NCBI GenBank assembly: GCA_047947115.1
Contig: CP170459.1
Span: 4,160,001 to 4,224,000 of the forward strand
Length of the DNA stretch: 64,000 nucleotides
Direction: 5' to 3'
Origin: Verrucomicrobiota bacterium
Lineage (GTDB): Bacteria > Verrucomicrobiota > Verrucomicrobiia > Limisphaerales > AAA164-E04
The first letter of the stretch is position 1. Each line of letters opens with the position of its first letter. The translations under genes were made by a program, and so were the position numbers. The notes under the pieces are model-generated. The model was not told the origin of the DNA and did not search any database. It worked only from the letters and a program-made list of their open reading frames with translations. Below are positions 20,407 through 30,718 of this stretch, in pieces.

Positions 20407-20601
20407 GTCAAGAAACTGGGATGTTAAACGCCCGCAAATTCAAAAATAGCCTCAATGCCCTGCCCCTGGAGAAAAGGATGCTTTGCTGGCCAGACCGCCA
20501 TTTTGATTCGCTTTTTGATTCAGCAGAACCAATTGACCGTCCCGCACTTCAAATTCACCTGATCTCGCTCAAGCACATTGCGATCAATCGAAAAAGATTA
20601 C

Positions 20602-21336
20602 TTAAACCTCTCCTGCGGTGGACTCGAGTTCAATTTCCGCAAAAGGGCTGGTCGCAAAGCCCTCCGGAGCCCCTTCCTCCATGGCATTGATCGCCACCCG
20701 GTCCGTTTTGTGGTTGGCAGTTTTTTCTGGATCGTCGGAATCGGATTGGGCCGGTTTTTCAACAACCCTGGGATTGGGGGCACGCTTCACCTTGGGCAAC
20801 GGTGAAATCATGCAGTTCAGCCCTCTTCCTACCACTTTGGGAGGGAAATCAGGAGTGCCCCATTTGCTGAGGTCGTTGATGAACTGCTTCACCAAGTCCA
20901 CACCAATCTCCTTGTGAGCATTTTCACGCCCACGAAACCTCAGTGTAATCTTTACTTTGAAGTCGTCACAAAGGAAATCCACGGTGTGATCCAGCTTGAA
21001 TTTGAGGTCGTGCGGATCAATATTCATTGAAAGCTGAACCTCTTTCACCTTGTTGGATTGCTGGTGCTTTTTGGCCTCCTTTTCTTTTTTGGACTGCTCG
21101 TAACGGTATTTACCGAAATCAACCAGTCGACAGACCGGAGGTCTGGCTGTGGCCGCCACTTCCACGAGGTCGACCCCCCGCTGTTTAGCCAGGTTTATGG
21201 CGTCCTGCTTGGCAAGAACGCCCAGTTGATTTCCATCGGCGTCGACCACACGTACTTCTCTGGCGCGAATGCGCTCATTGATACGCGTTTTGGGTTGGTG
21301 ACGCCCCCGATTTTTGAAGGGTTTTGGGAAACTCAA
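20602..21336 (-). CDS. infC: Translation initiation factor IF-3
   Basis: RINERIRAREVRVV, DLVEVA, PPVCRLVDFGKYRYE, KVKITLRFRGRE; TTG start. Confidence 0.96.
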   Translation of the reverse strand: MSFPKPFKNRGRHQPKTRINERIRAREVRVVDADGNQLGVLAKQDAINLAKQRGVDLVEVAATARPPVCRLVDFGKYRYEQSKKEKEAKKHQQSNKVKEVQLSMNIDPHDLKFKLDHTVDFLCDDFKVKITLRFRGRENAHKEIGVDLVKQFINDLSKWGTPDFPPKVVGRGLNCMISPLPKVKRAPNPRVVEKPAQSDSDDPEKTANHKTDRVAINAMEEGAPEGFATSPFAEIELESTAGEV

Positions 21337-21594
21337 GAGAGGGGCAAGGTTAGGGTGTTAACAAAGAAGAAACGCATAAACTGTCGTTCACAAATATCCG
21401 CTTACTATTCCATGCAAATGGCCATAATCTAACTTTTCTCGGCAATTAATGGAATCCAGATCATTTTAGCAAGCTTTTTCTGCATTTTTATTCAAAAAAG
21501 AAGATCGCCCTCCTCTTGAAACTACTTCTCATCAGAATTTTTCCAGTCCACCATTGACCTGATCTGGGTAGGTTTGCTTAGGTGCTTGCCCATT

Positions 21595-22812
21595 ATGGCG
21601 ACATTAAATCCATTCAAAGCAGTCCGCCCCAAAAAAGAACTGGCGGCCGAAATCTGCGAACTTCCCTACGACGTGCTCTCATCAGCTGAAGCTCGCGAAG
21701 CGGCTCAAGGGGCTCCCCTGAGTTTCTTTCATGTGAGCAAACCTGAAATCGACCTTCCCGAAGACACGGATCCTTACTCCGACGCGGTTTACGCCAAAGG
21801 AGCTGAAAACTTTCAACAATTGATCAGCCAGGGGGCTCTGTATCAGGATGAAAAAGCCTGCTTCTACCTTTATCGGCAAATCATGGGCGAACACAGTCAG
21901 ACCGGACTGGTCGCCGCCGCAAGCAGCCAGGAATACCTCGATGAAGTCATCAAAAAGCACGAATTCACCCGACCGGATAAAGAAAACGACCGGGTTCGAC
22001 ATATCGAAGCCCTCAACGCCCAGACCGGACCGGTCTTCCTGACTTACAAATCACGTCCCGAACTGGATCAAATTTTCAAGGAACAATCAGACAAAGACCC
22101 CTGCGTGGATTTCACCGCTCCCGACGGCGTACGCCACACCGCCTGGACCATCGATACCGACGCGGTGATTGAACGGATTGAAACTCTGTTGAGTGAAATC
22201 CAGACACTCTACATCGCCGACGGACACCATCGGAGCGCCGCAGCAGGCCGGATTTTTGAATCCCGACAAGGTTCGGGCAACTCCGGAGGATTTCTCACCG
22301 TCGTTTTCCCGCATGATCAAATGCAAATCCTGGCCTACAATCGTGCCGTAAAGGATTTGAACGGTCGTCGACCTGAGGAAATTCTATCCACTCTGGAAGG
22401 TTTGGGAGATCTGGAGGAATCCGATACACCGGTCGATCCCGCCAATAAGAACGAACTAGGTATCTACATGGGGAACCATTGGTATCGATTCCGCTTCAGT
22501 CAGGATGTCGCCCAAAAAGGATCAGCGGTGGACCAACTGGATGTATCATTGCTTCAGAATCACGTCTTGTCTCCCCTGCTGGCCATTGATGATCCACGTA
22601 AAAGCGATCGGATCAGCTTCGTGGGAGGCATTCGTGGCGTTGGAGAATTGGTCAAGATGGTTGACAGCGGAAGATACGCGATCGCTTTTTCCATGCACCC
22701 GACCCGCATCGAAGATTTGATGTGCATCTCCGACGAAGGCGGAATCATGCCGCCCAAGAGCACCTGGTTTGAACCAAAGCTCCGGGACGGCATGTTCACG
22801 CACCTTATTTGA
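21595..22812 (+). CDS. DUF1015 family protein
   Basis: LPYDV, IKKHEFTR, LYIADGHHRSAAA, IMPPKSTWFEPKLRDG. Confidence 0.9.
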   Translation: MATLNPFKAVRPKKELAAEICELPYDVLSSAEAREAAQGAPLSFFHVSKPEIDLPEDTDPYSDAVYAKGAENFQQLISQGALYQDEKACFYLYRQIMGEHSQTGLVAAASSQEYLDEVIKKHEFTRPDKENDRVRHIEALNAQTGPVFLTYKSRPELDQIFKEQSDKDPCVDFTAPDGVRHTAWTIDTDAVIERIETLLSEIQTLYIADGHHRSAAAGRIFESRQGSGNSGGFLTVVFPHDQMQILAYNRAVKDLNGRRPEEILSTLEGLGDLEESDTPVDPANKNELGIYMGNHWYRFRFSQDVAQKGSAVDQLDVSLLQNHVLSPLLAIDDPRKSDRISFVGGIRGVGELVKMVDSGRYAIAFSMHPTRIEDLMCISDEGGIMPPKSTWFEPKLRDGMFTHLI

Positions 22813-22816
22813 ATAG

Positions 22817-22859
22817 TGGCGGCGGTGGCACCCAGCAACCAAACTCTCCACCGCCGCCA
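22817..22859. terminator. GC-rich hairpin between convergent genes
   Basis: TGGCGGCGGTGG / CCACCGCCGCCA 12-bp stem followed by TCTTTT. Confidence 0.55.
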
Positions 22860-22875
22860 TCTTTTCCCCACTCCG

Positions 22876-23523
22876 TTACACGGCAGGAGCCAATCCAACG
22901 AAGGAAACCGATGGCTCCGCAAATTTGTAATAAACTCTCAATTCACCCACCTGGCGCTTGGGTATATGGTTTTCGATCACCAGCAATGCGCTTTGATCCT
23001 GCCAGAATGTATCTTGCTTGAAGGTGCCGCTTGGCCCGCATACCAAGTGTGAAGAACCATCTTCATCCTGCTTCAACACAGCATGCATGCCCTGATGAAG
23101 GTTCATCAGACATGTTTCTTCCCCATCGGATCTGATATCGTACTGACCATGACTATAGGCGACGATCCGGAGGCTTAGATCCTGCTTCGGATCCACCAGC
23201 ACTTCATAGGGGCAATCCACACCGGTTTGCCCTTGAATACGAATCACATGCCCCTTTTTAATCTCGGGGGAAATGTGATGCCAGGTGAGCACATATTTAC
23301 CTGGGTCACCCAAATTCATGGTGCCTACTGCCTGCTCGTCAGGCATGTCAGCCGCCTGAAGGGCTTCTTCTTCGACAAGCTGAGTCTTCAGCCGGCGTTT
23401 GTTCACCACCCGGCGTATTTCGAAGCCGATGACTCCCAAAACCACCACAGCGGCAAATAGCAGGTAATAGCCAAGCATATTCATATCCATCGAATTAATG
23501 TGTCCAACATGACTGTTATCCAA
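22876..23523 (-). CDS. Hypothetical protein with N-terminal TM anchor
   Basis: 215 aa ORF; one hydrophobic helix followed by basic residues. Confidence 0.6.
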   Translation of the reverse strand: MDNSHVGHINSMDMNMLGYYLLFAAVVVLGVIGFEIRRVVNKRRLKTQLVEEEALQAADMPDEQAVGTMNLGDPGKYVLTWHHISPEIKKGHVIRIQGQTGVDCPYEVLVDPKQDLSLRIVAYSHGQYDIRSDGEETCLMNLHQGMHAVLKQDEDGSSHLVCGPSGTFKQDTFWQDQSALLVIENHIPKRQVGELRVYYKFAEPSVSFVGLAPAV

Positions 23524-23761
23524 TCACCAAAGAATAGCATAATCGATGCCAGTAGAAAAACATATGCGAAGTTTCATTCAAATTATGGCCGCTCTCTTCT
23601 AAACAGGCGAAAGGTTGCACATATACTCACCGGGGGCCTTGAAAGAAACGCCCATTCATATTCAAGCATGGTTGCATGTCCCCATACTCTAGCTAATACT
23701 CATTGACCCGCTTATATATTTTCGATAGAAGAGTCCACATCCAACAAATGATTGTAAATTT

Positions 23762-24556
23762 ATGAGGACTCATGATTCCTATCGAAAGGGCTCCGTGCGC
23801 CGTATCGGAGCATTCACACTGATTGAATTGCTGGTGGTCATCGCCATCATTGCCATTCTTGCAGGCATGCTGCTGCCAGCACTGAGCAAAGCCAAAATGA
23901 AAGCCAAAGGCATCTCCTGCCTGAGCAACCTGAAACAAATGCAGCTCTGCTGGATCATGTATGCCACGGACAATGATGGAAACCTGATCTTAAATCACCT
24001 GGGGACACGTGACTCCTGGATCGGCGGCAATGTTTCATCCTCACCAGGCTGGACAAATCGCTTGGACATCACTGAAGGCGCACTTTATGCCTACAACTCC
24101 TCCGAAGAAATCTACAAATGCCCCTCGGATATTGCATTCAAATCCGGAACACGCAATGTGATCCGTGTGCGAAGTTTTTCCATGAGCGGCCGCATGAACG
24201 GTAATGCCGACTGGGTTTACCCAAACCTTAAAACATGGACAAAAGAATCCTCCATTGTCACACCGGGACCGTCCGGAGCTTTTGTTTTTGTAGACGAGGA
24301 CAAGGATAGCATTGATGACGGCTTCTTTGCGGTGCGTGACCCATTTGGCCCGAATGTCGGCCATTGGCAAAATGCACCTTCCAGTCGGCACGGTAACGGT
24401 GGCAACCTTTCCTTCGCCGATGGCCATGTGGAAAACTGGCGTTGGGTAGAGAATACAGCCACTGCCGTAACCGGACTCGACACCCGCACCTTCGCCGGCG
24501 ACCGGGACCTTGAGAAATTCCGCCAGGCAACCCACGAGCGGCGTGGAGACCAATAA
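23762..24556 (+). CDS. Prepilin-type N-terminal cleavage/methylation + H-X9-DG protein (DUF1559-like)
   Basis: [45 protein letters not shown]. Confidence 0.93.
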   Translation: MRTHDSYRKGSVRRIGAFTLIELLVVIAIIAILAGMLLPALSKAKMKAKGISCLSNLKQMQLCWIMYATDNDGNLILNHLGTRDSWIGGNVSSSPGWTNRLDITEGALYAYNSSEEIYKCPSDIAFKSGTRNVIRVRSFSMSGRMNGNADWVYPNLKTWTKESSIVTPGPSGAFVFVDEDKDSIDDGFFAVRDPFGPNVGHWQNAPSSRHGNGGNLSFADGHVENWRWVENTATAVTGLDTRTFAGDRDLEKFRQATHERRGDQ

Positions 24557-24581
24557 CTCTTTCCTCTAACAGGATGATCAT

Positions 24582-24614
24582 AAGGCAGCCATTGTTTCAA
24601 TGGCTGCCTTTTTT
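24582..24614 (+). terminator. Intrinsic terminator
   Basis: AAGGCAGCCATTG / CAATGGCTGCCTT stem plus T run. Confidence 0.8.
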
Positions 24615-24777
24615 AATTCAAGGCAACTAACGCAAAAAAGGTCACGGCATGACGTCAGGACCGCTGAATGATACCGCCCTGTAGCTTCCTGAAATTTGAA
24701 CTCGCTTTTCTGTCTCCATGTTGAACAATGTGTCTTTCCTAATTATTGCAATAAACAAGCAGACAATTGATCGAACA

Positions 24778-26088
24778 ATGAATATTCGAACCGTTTTATT
24801 AAGCGCATGCGCCCTCGGACTGGGCTGCTTTCAAGCCATTCAGGCAGGCGAACTCAAGGTTCCCCCCACCGGATTCACCGCCCTATTCAACGGCAAAGAT
24901 CTGAGCGGTTGGCACGGTATGGGACACTTCGACCCCCGCAAGTTGTGGGCCATGAGCGACGAAGAACGCAAAGCCAAGCGCGAAGCTGATCTCAAAGACG
25001 CCAAGGCACACTGGACCGTGGAAAACGGTGAACTCGTCAATGACGGTCACGGTGTTTACCTCACCACCGACAAAGACTACGGCAACATGGAGTTTCTGAT
25101 TGATTACAAGACTGTGGCCCAAGCCGACAGCGGTATCTATCTGCGCGGGAATCCTCAGGTGCAAATCTGGGATTACACAAAAGAAGGCGGCAAATGGAAC
25201 ATCGACGCCGACAAAGGCTCAGGCGGTCTCTGGAACAACAGTGCCGGCGCGCCGGGTAAAAACCCAATGGTCCTCGCCGACAGACCTTTTGGGGAATGGA
25301 ACTCATTCCGCATCATTCAGATCAAAGACTACACCACGGTTTACTTGAACGATCAGCTCGTGGTCGACCACGCCAAGATGGAAAATTTCTGGGATCGATC
25401 CAAACCGCTCTGGGACAAAGGTCCGATCCAATTGCAAACCCACGGCGGCGAAATACGCTGGCGCAACATTTTCGTTCGCGAAATTCCAGACAGTGAAGTG
25501 GAACAAATGCTCGCCGAACCCGGATTCAAACCCATCTTCAACGGCAAAAATCTCGACGGCTGGGCCGGTCCTGTTGAGAACTATCAGGTCCAGGACGGAG
25601 CTATCGTCTGTAAACCGAATAATGGCGGCACGATCTACTATCATCAGAATCTGACCGATTTTGTGGTCCGCCTTGAGTTCAAGGTTCCCCCCGGCGGCAA
25701 CAATGGATTGGCCATTCGCTACCCCGGACAAGGTGACACTGCCTACAGTGGCATGTGCGAACTGCAGGTCCTGGACAACACCGCTGAAAAATACGCCAAA
25801 CTCGACGCCCGCCAATACCATGGTTCCGCCTACGGCATGGTGGCTGCCAAACGTGGTGCGCAGAAGCCTGTTGGAGAATGGAACGAACAGGAAGTGACCG
25901 TCCAAGGATCCAAAATCAAGGTCGTCCTGAACGGCGAAACCATCCTGGATTGCGACTTGCGTGATGTGAATGAATACATGGGCGGACGCCCTCACGCTGG
26001 CAAAGATCGCTATGAAGGCTTCTTCGGATTTGCCGGTCACGGCGATCCCGTCGCCTTCCGCAACATCCGCATCAAAGCCCTGCGATAA
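24778..26088 (+). CDS. Secreted tandem DUF1080 (3-keto-disaccharide hydrolase family) protein
   Basis: Two domains, each starting (L/I)FNGK(D/N)LxGW and ending xRNIx(V/I); signal peptide. Confidence 0.9.
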   Translation: MNIRTVLLSACALGLGCFQAIQAGELKVPPTGFTALFNGKDLSGWHGMGHFDPRKLWAMSDEERKAKREADLKDAKAHWTVENGELVNDGHGVYLTTDKDYGNMEFLIDYKTVAQADSGIYLRGNPQVQIWDYTKEGGKWNIDADKGSGGLWNNSAGAPGKNPMVLADRPFGEWNSFRIIQIKDYTTVYLNDQLVVDHAKMENFWDRSKPLWDKGPIQLQTHGGEIRWRNIFVREIPDSEVEQMLAEPGFKPIFNGKNLDGWAGPVENYQVQDGAIVCKPNNGGTIYYHQNLTDFVVRLEFKVPPGGNNGLAIRYPGQGDTAYSGMCELQVLDNTAEKYAKLDARQYHGSAYGMVAAKRGAQKPVGEWNEQEVTVQGSKIKVVLNGETILDCDLRDVNEYMGGRPHAGKDRYEGFFGFAGHGDPVAFRNIRIKALR

Positions 26089-26107
26089 TCAAGACACCCT
26101 TTAAATC

Positions 26108-26147
26108 AAACGCCCCGGAAGTCAGGTTGACTCCGGGGCGTTTTTTT
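26108..26147 (+). terminator. Intrinsic terminator
   Basis: AAACGCCCCGGA...TCCGGGGCGTTT stem plus T run. Confidence 0.8.
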
Positions 26148-26148
26148 A

Positions 26149-26393
26149 TCGCAGATTAACGCAGTGACTTCGAAATACACATTCTACTTTAGTTGGCTAT
26201 AACGTTTGCCAAAAGTAATTTCATAAAAACCTCTGCGTCACTGCGTCTCTAGCGTAGCGGGCGTGAGACTAAGAAGCATCAGCGAGCCCTTATACGCAAA
26301 CACTTTTGACAATCAGTATATCAATCCTCCAGTTGTAAAATCAAACCTACTGTCCAGCTTAAACTCCAGTACATCCTCTGCGTTAATCTGCGA
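26149..26393. repeat. Inverted-repeat pair (16 bp perfect) enclosing a MITE
   Basis: TCGCAGATTAACGCAG (26149-26164) and CTGCGTTAATCTGCGA (26378-26393). Confidence 0.75.
26198..26320. mobile_element. 123-bp MITE-like element, copy 1
   Basis: Near-identical to 49941-50063; imperfect terminal IRs TATAACGTTTGCCAAAAGT / ACTTTTG(A)CAATCAGTATA. Confidence 0.75.
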
Positions 26394-26417
26394 AATCTCG
26401 AAGATCCCGCGACTGCG

Positions 26418-27931
26418 CATGCGCGTCAGGATAAAGCCAGGAGGTTTTGTTCATAGTTTTGACGAGATCGTTTGTCATATTTGCATTGGTATCTCATTTG
26501 TATAGGGATAGCATCGCTGACTTGTACATTCCACGCTTCAAAACACAGAGCCAAAAAGTAATCTCCCAGTAGAGCAGCCACTTTCAACATGCTCAAATGC
26601 GCCGCGTTGCAAGTCTGCCCCGGGGCAAGCCAGTCACGCTCTATCAAGTTTGTAAGAACGGTAATAAAAATGAGTCGTGCACAAACCACTATCCGGAGTT
26701 GCTCTGCAGAACCGTCAGGAACCTCGGTGATACGAAAATGGCTTTTCCATGCCTTAAAAATGGTTTCTATCCGCCAGCGCAAACCGTAGATCTTTGCCAC
26801 TTCTTTTGCTGTGCATTCGTTCTGGGGAACATTGGTTGTGAATATCGCCCAACCAAGCAACTCCAACCTTTGGGCATTGGGCTTTCGCCTTTTATCACGA
26901 TTGCTCTTGGCTTTGCGTCGCCGTTCTGCCGCGATCTCATCGGGAAGTTTGATGGCCACCAATCGCACGGGTAACTGCTTATCTGAGAGCAAAACATCAA
27001 AGTCCAAATTTCCTAATCGTTTCAGTTTTTTGAGTAAATCGATTTTTTCTCCTGTGGCTGGGTCCCTCACTTCGATATCCAATCGGATTCGACTCAAATA
27101 ATAGGCTCCAGCGTTTGCTATCTGTTGGAATGATTCTATCACGAAATAGCCCAAGTCACGGAGTATTAAGTCCCCCTTACGTATGACTTTCAAAATATCA
27201 TAAGTTGCGGTTTGGTCGTTACGTCTAAATCCACTTATCCCGAAGTAGAGGAATTGTTGATTTTGTATATCCTGAATGGCTTGTATTTTCAGCGATGCAA
27301 TTTTGGAACCACTTTGGTTAGCCGAACCGGGAAAAGCAGCCGCCAGTTTCGAATTTACTTTGATGGTCGTGCTATCATGAACAAGGATTCGTGGAAATCG
27401 ATTGAACTTGTTTGGGACGTTGCGGCCATTGTCTTTGGATTTGGCGCTTAATACTAGCGCCAGGATGCATTGAATATAATTCACAGCGCCCTGGTTCATT
27501 CGTTCCCACAATGACTGTTTGGCAATAGTATTATTGCTCAAAATTCCCAACAAAGTCGCCCATCGACTCAAACTTGCGGTGCCTTGGCAAACCAATAGAA
27601 TAGTCGCTTGTAGAAAAAATTCGGGCATTATTTTTCGCGGAGTTCGCAGGACAAAGCCGGTGGCGCGAGCAAGTGTCTGGAAATCGAAATCAGCGAACCA
27701 ACCGGTTAATGTTTGGGCACATCGGTGCCATTCATGAGGCAGGGAAACCCCTTGTGAATCTGGGAGTAAAGTCAAACATTTGGGTTGAGGTCTTGTTGTG
27801 TGTTGAAGATCTGAAGATGATATTGTCTGACAAGGATTTGTTGGAGAGTCATTCGGAAAAGTAGAAAGCAAACTGTACATAAAAGTACAGCTTTATCGTT
27901 AAAAATAATCATTTTTATCCTGACGCGCATG
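26418..27931 (-). mobile_element. IS4-family insertion sequence, complete (1514 bp)
   Basis: 18-bp terminal IRs CATGCGCGTCAGGATAAA; 10-bp target duplication CGCGACTGCG at 26408-26417 and 27932-27941. Confidence 0.93.
26426..27880 (-). CDS. IS4-family DDE transposase
   Basis: HDSTTI, RDLGYF, YGLRWRIETIFKAWK (Y-2-R-3-E-6-K signature). Start uncertain. Confidence 0.92.
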   Translation of the reverse strand: MYSLLSTFPNDSPTNPCQTISSSDLQHTTRPQPKCLTLLPDSQGVSLPHEWHRCAQTLTGWFADFDFQTLARATGFVLRTPRKIMPEFFLQATILLVCQGTASLSRWATLLGILSNNTIAKQSLWERMNQGAVNYIQCILALVLSAKSKDNGRNVPNKFNRFPRILVHDSTTIKVNSKLAAAFPGSANQSGSKIASLKIQAIQDIQNQQFLYFGISGFRRNDQTATYDILKVIRKGDLILRDLGYFVIESFQQIANAGAYYLSRIRLDIEVRDPATGEKIDLLKKLKRLGNLDFDVLLSDKQLPVRLVAIKLPDEIAAERRRKAKSNRDKRRKPNAQRLELLGWAIFTTNVPQNECTAKEVAKIYGLRWRIETIFKAWKSHFRITEVPDGSAEQLRIVVCARLIFITVLTNLIERDWLAPGQTCNAAHLSMLKVAALLGDYFLALCFEAWNVQVSDAIPIQMRYQCKYDKRSRQNYEQNLLALS

Positions 27932-27961
27932 CGCGACTGCGGTGATGCGGTTCCAAAAAAC

Positions 27962-29281
27962 TTACAAACTCCACCCCTCGCGATACTCACGCTTGATGTA
28001 AGCATTGGCTTCAGGAACGTTGGTGACACGCAGATTCTTGCTGTCCCATTCAATTTTCTTTCCCGCCCGAATGGCCACATTACCCAGCAACACCACCTCC
28101 GAAAACGGTCCTGAACGTTTGAAGTTGGAAAGCGGCTGGTCCGGGTTGTTGTTCCGAATCGCTTCCTGCCACTCCTCATCCTCATTCTTGACGCGGGGTA
28201 TGGATTTGGGAATATGCGTCACTTCCGCCATCACGCCGTTGGCCTTGATCAGCCAATTGGTGTTGCCTCGATTGAAATACAGCTTCCCTTTGCTACCCAC
28301 CAACACCGCGCCGTATTTGGAAATATCTTCGCCGTCGACCACTTCAGCGGGCGGGTAATGTTGCTCACCATTCCTTTGGCCATCGTACCAAACAAATTTA
28401 ACAGGGGGTTTCTGGCCTCGTTTTGGAAATTGATAGGTCACAATGGATGATGTGGGCGGAGATTCCAGAGTCATGCCCTCCTGCTCTGCCTGCACGGTAT
28501 CCGGAGCGCCAAGTTCGAGCGCCCAGTAGGCCATGTCCATGATATGACAGGCCATGTCGCCCAAAGCGCCCGTTCCAAAGTCCCAGTAACCTCTCCATTT
28601 AAACGGAGCGTACTCCGGATGATACGGCCGCCATGGAGCAGGCCCAAGGAACAAATCCCAATCCAGGGTATCCGGCACTTTGTGATCACCGGTGGGACGA
28701 TTCACTCCTTGAGGCCATACCGGACGATTGGTCCACATGTGCGCTTCGGTCACATCACCAATAATGCCACCCTGTATTAACTCTACTGCTCGTCGAATAG
28801 GCTCCCCTGCATGCGCCTGATTGCCCATTTGCGTGACCACCCCATATTCCTCTGCCACCTGGGTCATGACACGGGCTTCGTAAACGGAATGGGTGAGCGG
28901 TTTCTGGCAGTAACAATGTTTCCCCATCTTCATCGCCATGACGGCTGCCACCGCATGGGTATGATCCGGAGTGCTAACGGTCACGGCATCGATCCCCTTG
29001 TGTCTTTCAAGCATCACCCTGAAATCTTTGTAGCGTTTTGCAGTAGGAAAATTCTTGAACGTTTCAGCAGCACGCACGTCATCCACATCGCAAAGGGCCA
29101 CAATATCCGCCCCGGCATCAGCGTTGTTCATGATTTCACCGCGTCCCTTGCCGCCCACGCCGATCCCCGCCAGAGCGATACGGTCATTGGCACCGAAAAC
29201 CCGGCTTGGAAAAAAGTTGAAAGCGAACGCGGTCGCTGTGGATGCACCGACAAACTGTCTGCGAGTATAATGTTTTTTCAT
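27962..29281 (-). CDS. Gfo/Idh/MocA oxidoreductase with Tat signal
   Basis: TRRQFV twin-Arg; GIGVGGKG; STPDHTH; CQKPLTH; GALGDMACHIMD. Confidence 0.92.
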   Translation of the reverse strand: MKKHYTRRQFVGASTATAFAFNFFPSRVFGANDRIALAGIGVGGKGRGEIMNNADAGADIVALCDVDDVRAAETFKNFPTAKRYKDFRVMLERHKGIDAVTVSTPDHTHAVAAVMAMKMGKHCYCQKPLTHSVYEARVMTQVAEEYGVVTQMGNQAHAGEPIRRAVELIQGGIIGDVTEAHMWTNRPVWPQGVNRPTGDHKVPDTLDWDLFLGPAPWRPYHPEYAPFKWRGYWDFGTGALGDMACHIMDMAYWALELGAPDTVQAEQEGMTLESPPTSSIVTYQFPKRGQKPPVKFVWYDGQRNGEQHYPPAEVVDGEDISKYGAVLVGSKGKLYFNRGNTNWLIKANGVMAEVTHIPKSIPRVKNEDEEWQEAIRNNNPDQPLSNFKRSGPFSEVVLLGNVAIRAGKKIEWDSKNLRVTNVPEANAYIKREYREGWSL

Positions 29282-29408
29282 AGATAATAATGTTGTTCAG
29301 TCGCCTTTGGTGGAATGGATTGATCCTCTTACGAGGATTCAGAACGGGCAAGAAAATTAAACCTCGTTGCAAACCTGGAAAGATGCCGTTAAGTTCCAAA
29401 CCTGATTT

Positions 29409-30335
29409 ATGGAAAATGTTGTCATCATTGGAACCGGATGCGCGGGATTGACCGCCGCCATTTACACTGCACGCGCCAACCTGAACCCCTTGGTCCTGAC
29501 CGGCACCATGCCCGGCGGACTGCTGACGACCACCAGCATCGTGGAGAATTTCCCAGGATTCCCTGAGGGTGTGGATGGGTTTGAGCTCATGCAACATCTA
29601 CAGAAACAAGCCGAACGCTTCGGTGCACGCGTCCAGTTCGCAACCGTTGAATCAGCTGATCTTACGGGCGAACACCCCAAATTGGTGGTGGACGGCAAGG
29701 AATTGGAAACAAAAACCCTGATCATCGCCACCGGCGCGGGTCACCGCCATCTCGGACTCGATAACGAAAAGAAACTCGAAAACAAAGGCGTCACCTACTG
29801 CGCCACCTGCGACGGCGCCCTCCCCATGTTCCGGGACAAGCCCCTCGTCGTAGTGGGAGGGGGAGATTCAGCATGTGAAGAAGCCACTTATCTGACCCGA
29901 TTTGCCTCCAAAGTTTACCTGGTCCACCGCCGCGATGAACTGCGCGCCAGCAAAATCATGGCCGATCGCGCAGTGAACCACGAGAAGATTGAAATGGTCT
30001 GGGATTCCGTGGTCAGCGAAATCCACGGTGTGGAAGAAGACACCGTCACCGGCGTTCAACTCAAAAACACAAAGACCGGTGAGGAGAAACGACTGGACTG
30101 TGCAGGCGTCTTCATTGCCATCGGTCATGTTCCCAACACCCAAATCTTCAAAGGACAAGTCGACATGGACGAAGCCGGCTACGTCACCCGCACCGAAGGC
30201 AGCAAAACATCCGCCAAAGGAGTCTTCGTTGCTGGAGACTGTGCGGACAAAGTTTATCGCCAAGCCATCACCGCCGCCGGCATGGGCTGCATGGCCGCCA
30301 TTGACGCCGAACGCTACCTCGGCGAACAAGATTGA
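29409..30335 (+). CDS. trxB: Thioredoxin-disulfide reductase
   Basis: [35 protein letters not shown]. Confidence 0.96.
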   Translation: MENVVIIGTGCAGLTAAIYTARANLNPLVLTGTMPGGLLTTTSIVENFPGFPEGVDGFELMQHLQKQAERFGARVQFATVESADLTGEHPKLVVDGKELETKTLIIATGAGHRHLGLDNEKKLENKGVTYCATCDGALPMFRDKPLVVVGGGDSACEEATYLTRFASKVYLVHRRDELRASKIMADRAVNHEKIEMVWDSVVSEIHGVEEDTVTGVQLKNTKTGEEKRLDCAGVFIAIGHVPNTQIFKGQVDMDEAGYVTRTEGSKTSAKGVFVAGDCADKVYRQAITAAGMGCMAAIDAERYLGEQD

Positions 30336-30413
30336 CACGAATGCATTCCAACACCACGAATAATGGGAGCCCCCCCTAACCATTATTCGTGGCTAGCGAC
30401 TTTCACCTGAGAA

Positions 30414-30615
30414 ACCATCTCATTCGCAATGAGATGGTCTGGGGTTCGACTCCCCATGGCTCCACCAAAACCTCCCGTTTTTCGCCCCTTTATCCCACTT
30501 TTTAGCAGATTGTTAGCTGTGTTTAAGGTAACTGATTAGGCTCCCTACTGGAATCTGCAACGCCAAGCAATTCAGTGAAGTTCCAGGCAAGGAAACCAAA
30601 TAAATGCCAAATTTT
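30414..30615 (+). repeat. att-like site: 3' half of tRNA-Ala plus ~150-bp arm, homologous to 56807-57004
   Basis: Anticodon arm to ACCA matches the tRNA at 56781; downstream sequence is similar and ends in an identical ~49-bp block. Confidence 0.85.
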
Positions 30616-30718
30616 CAGGACCTAGATGCTCGGAAAACATCGCGGTAATTAAAATGATCAGCAATAAGTGAATCATTAAAGCCCTCAAGTCCATGTAACG
30701 ACATCACTCATCTTCAAT

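Noticed and set aside
30414..30466. Second functional tRNA-Ala
   Set aside because: The 5' acceptor strand and D arm are missing; only anticodon arm to CCA is present.
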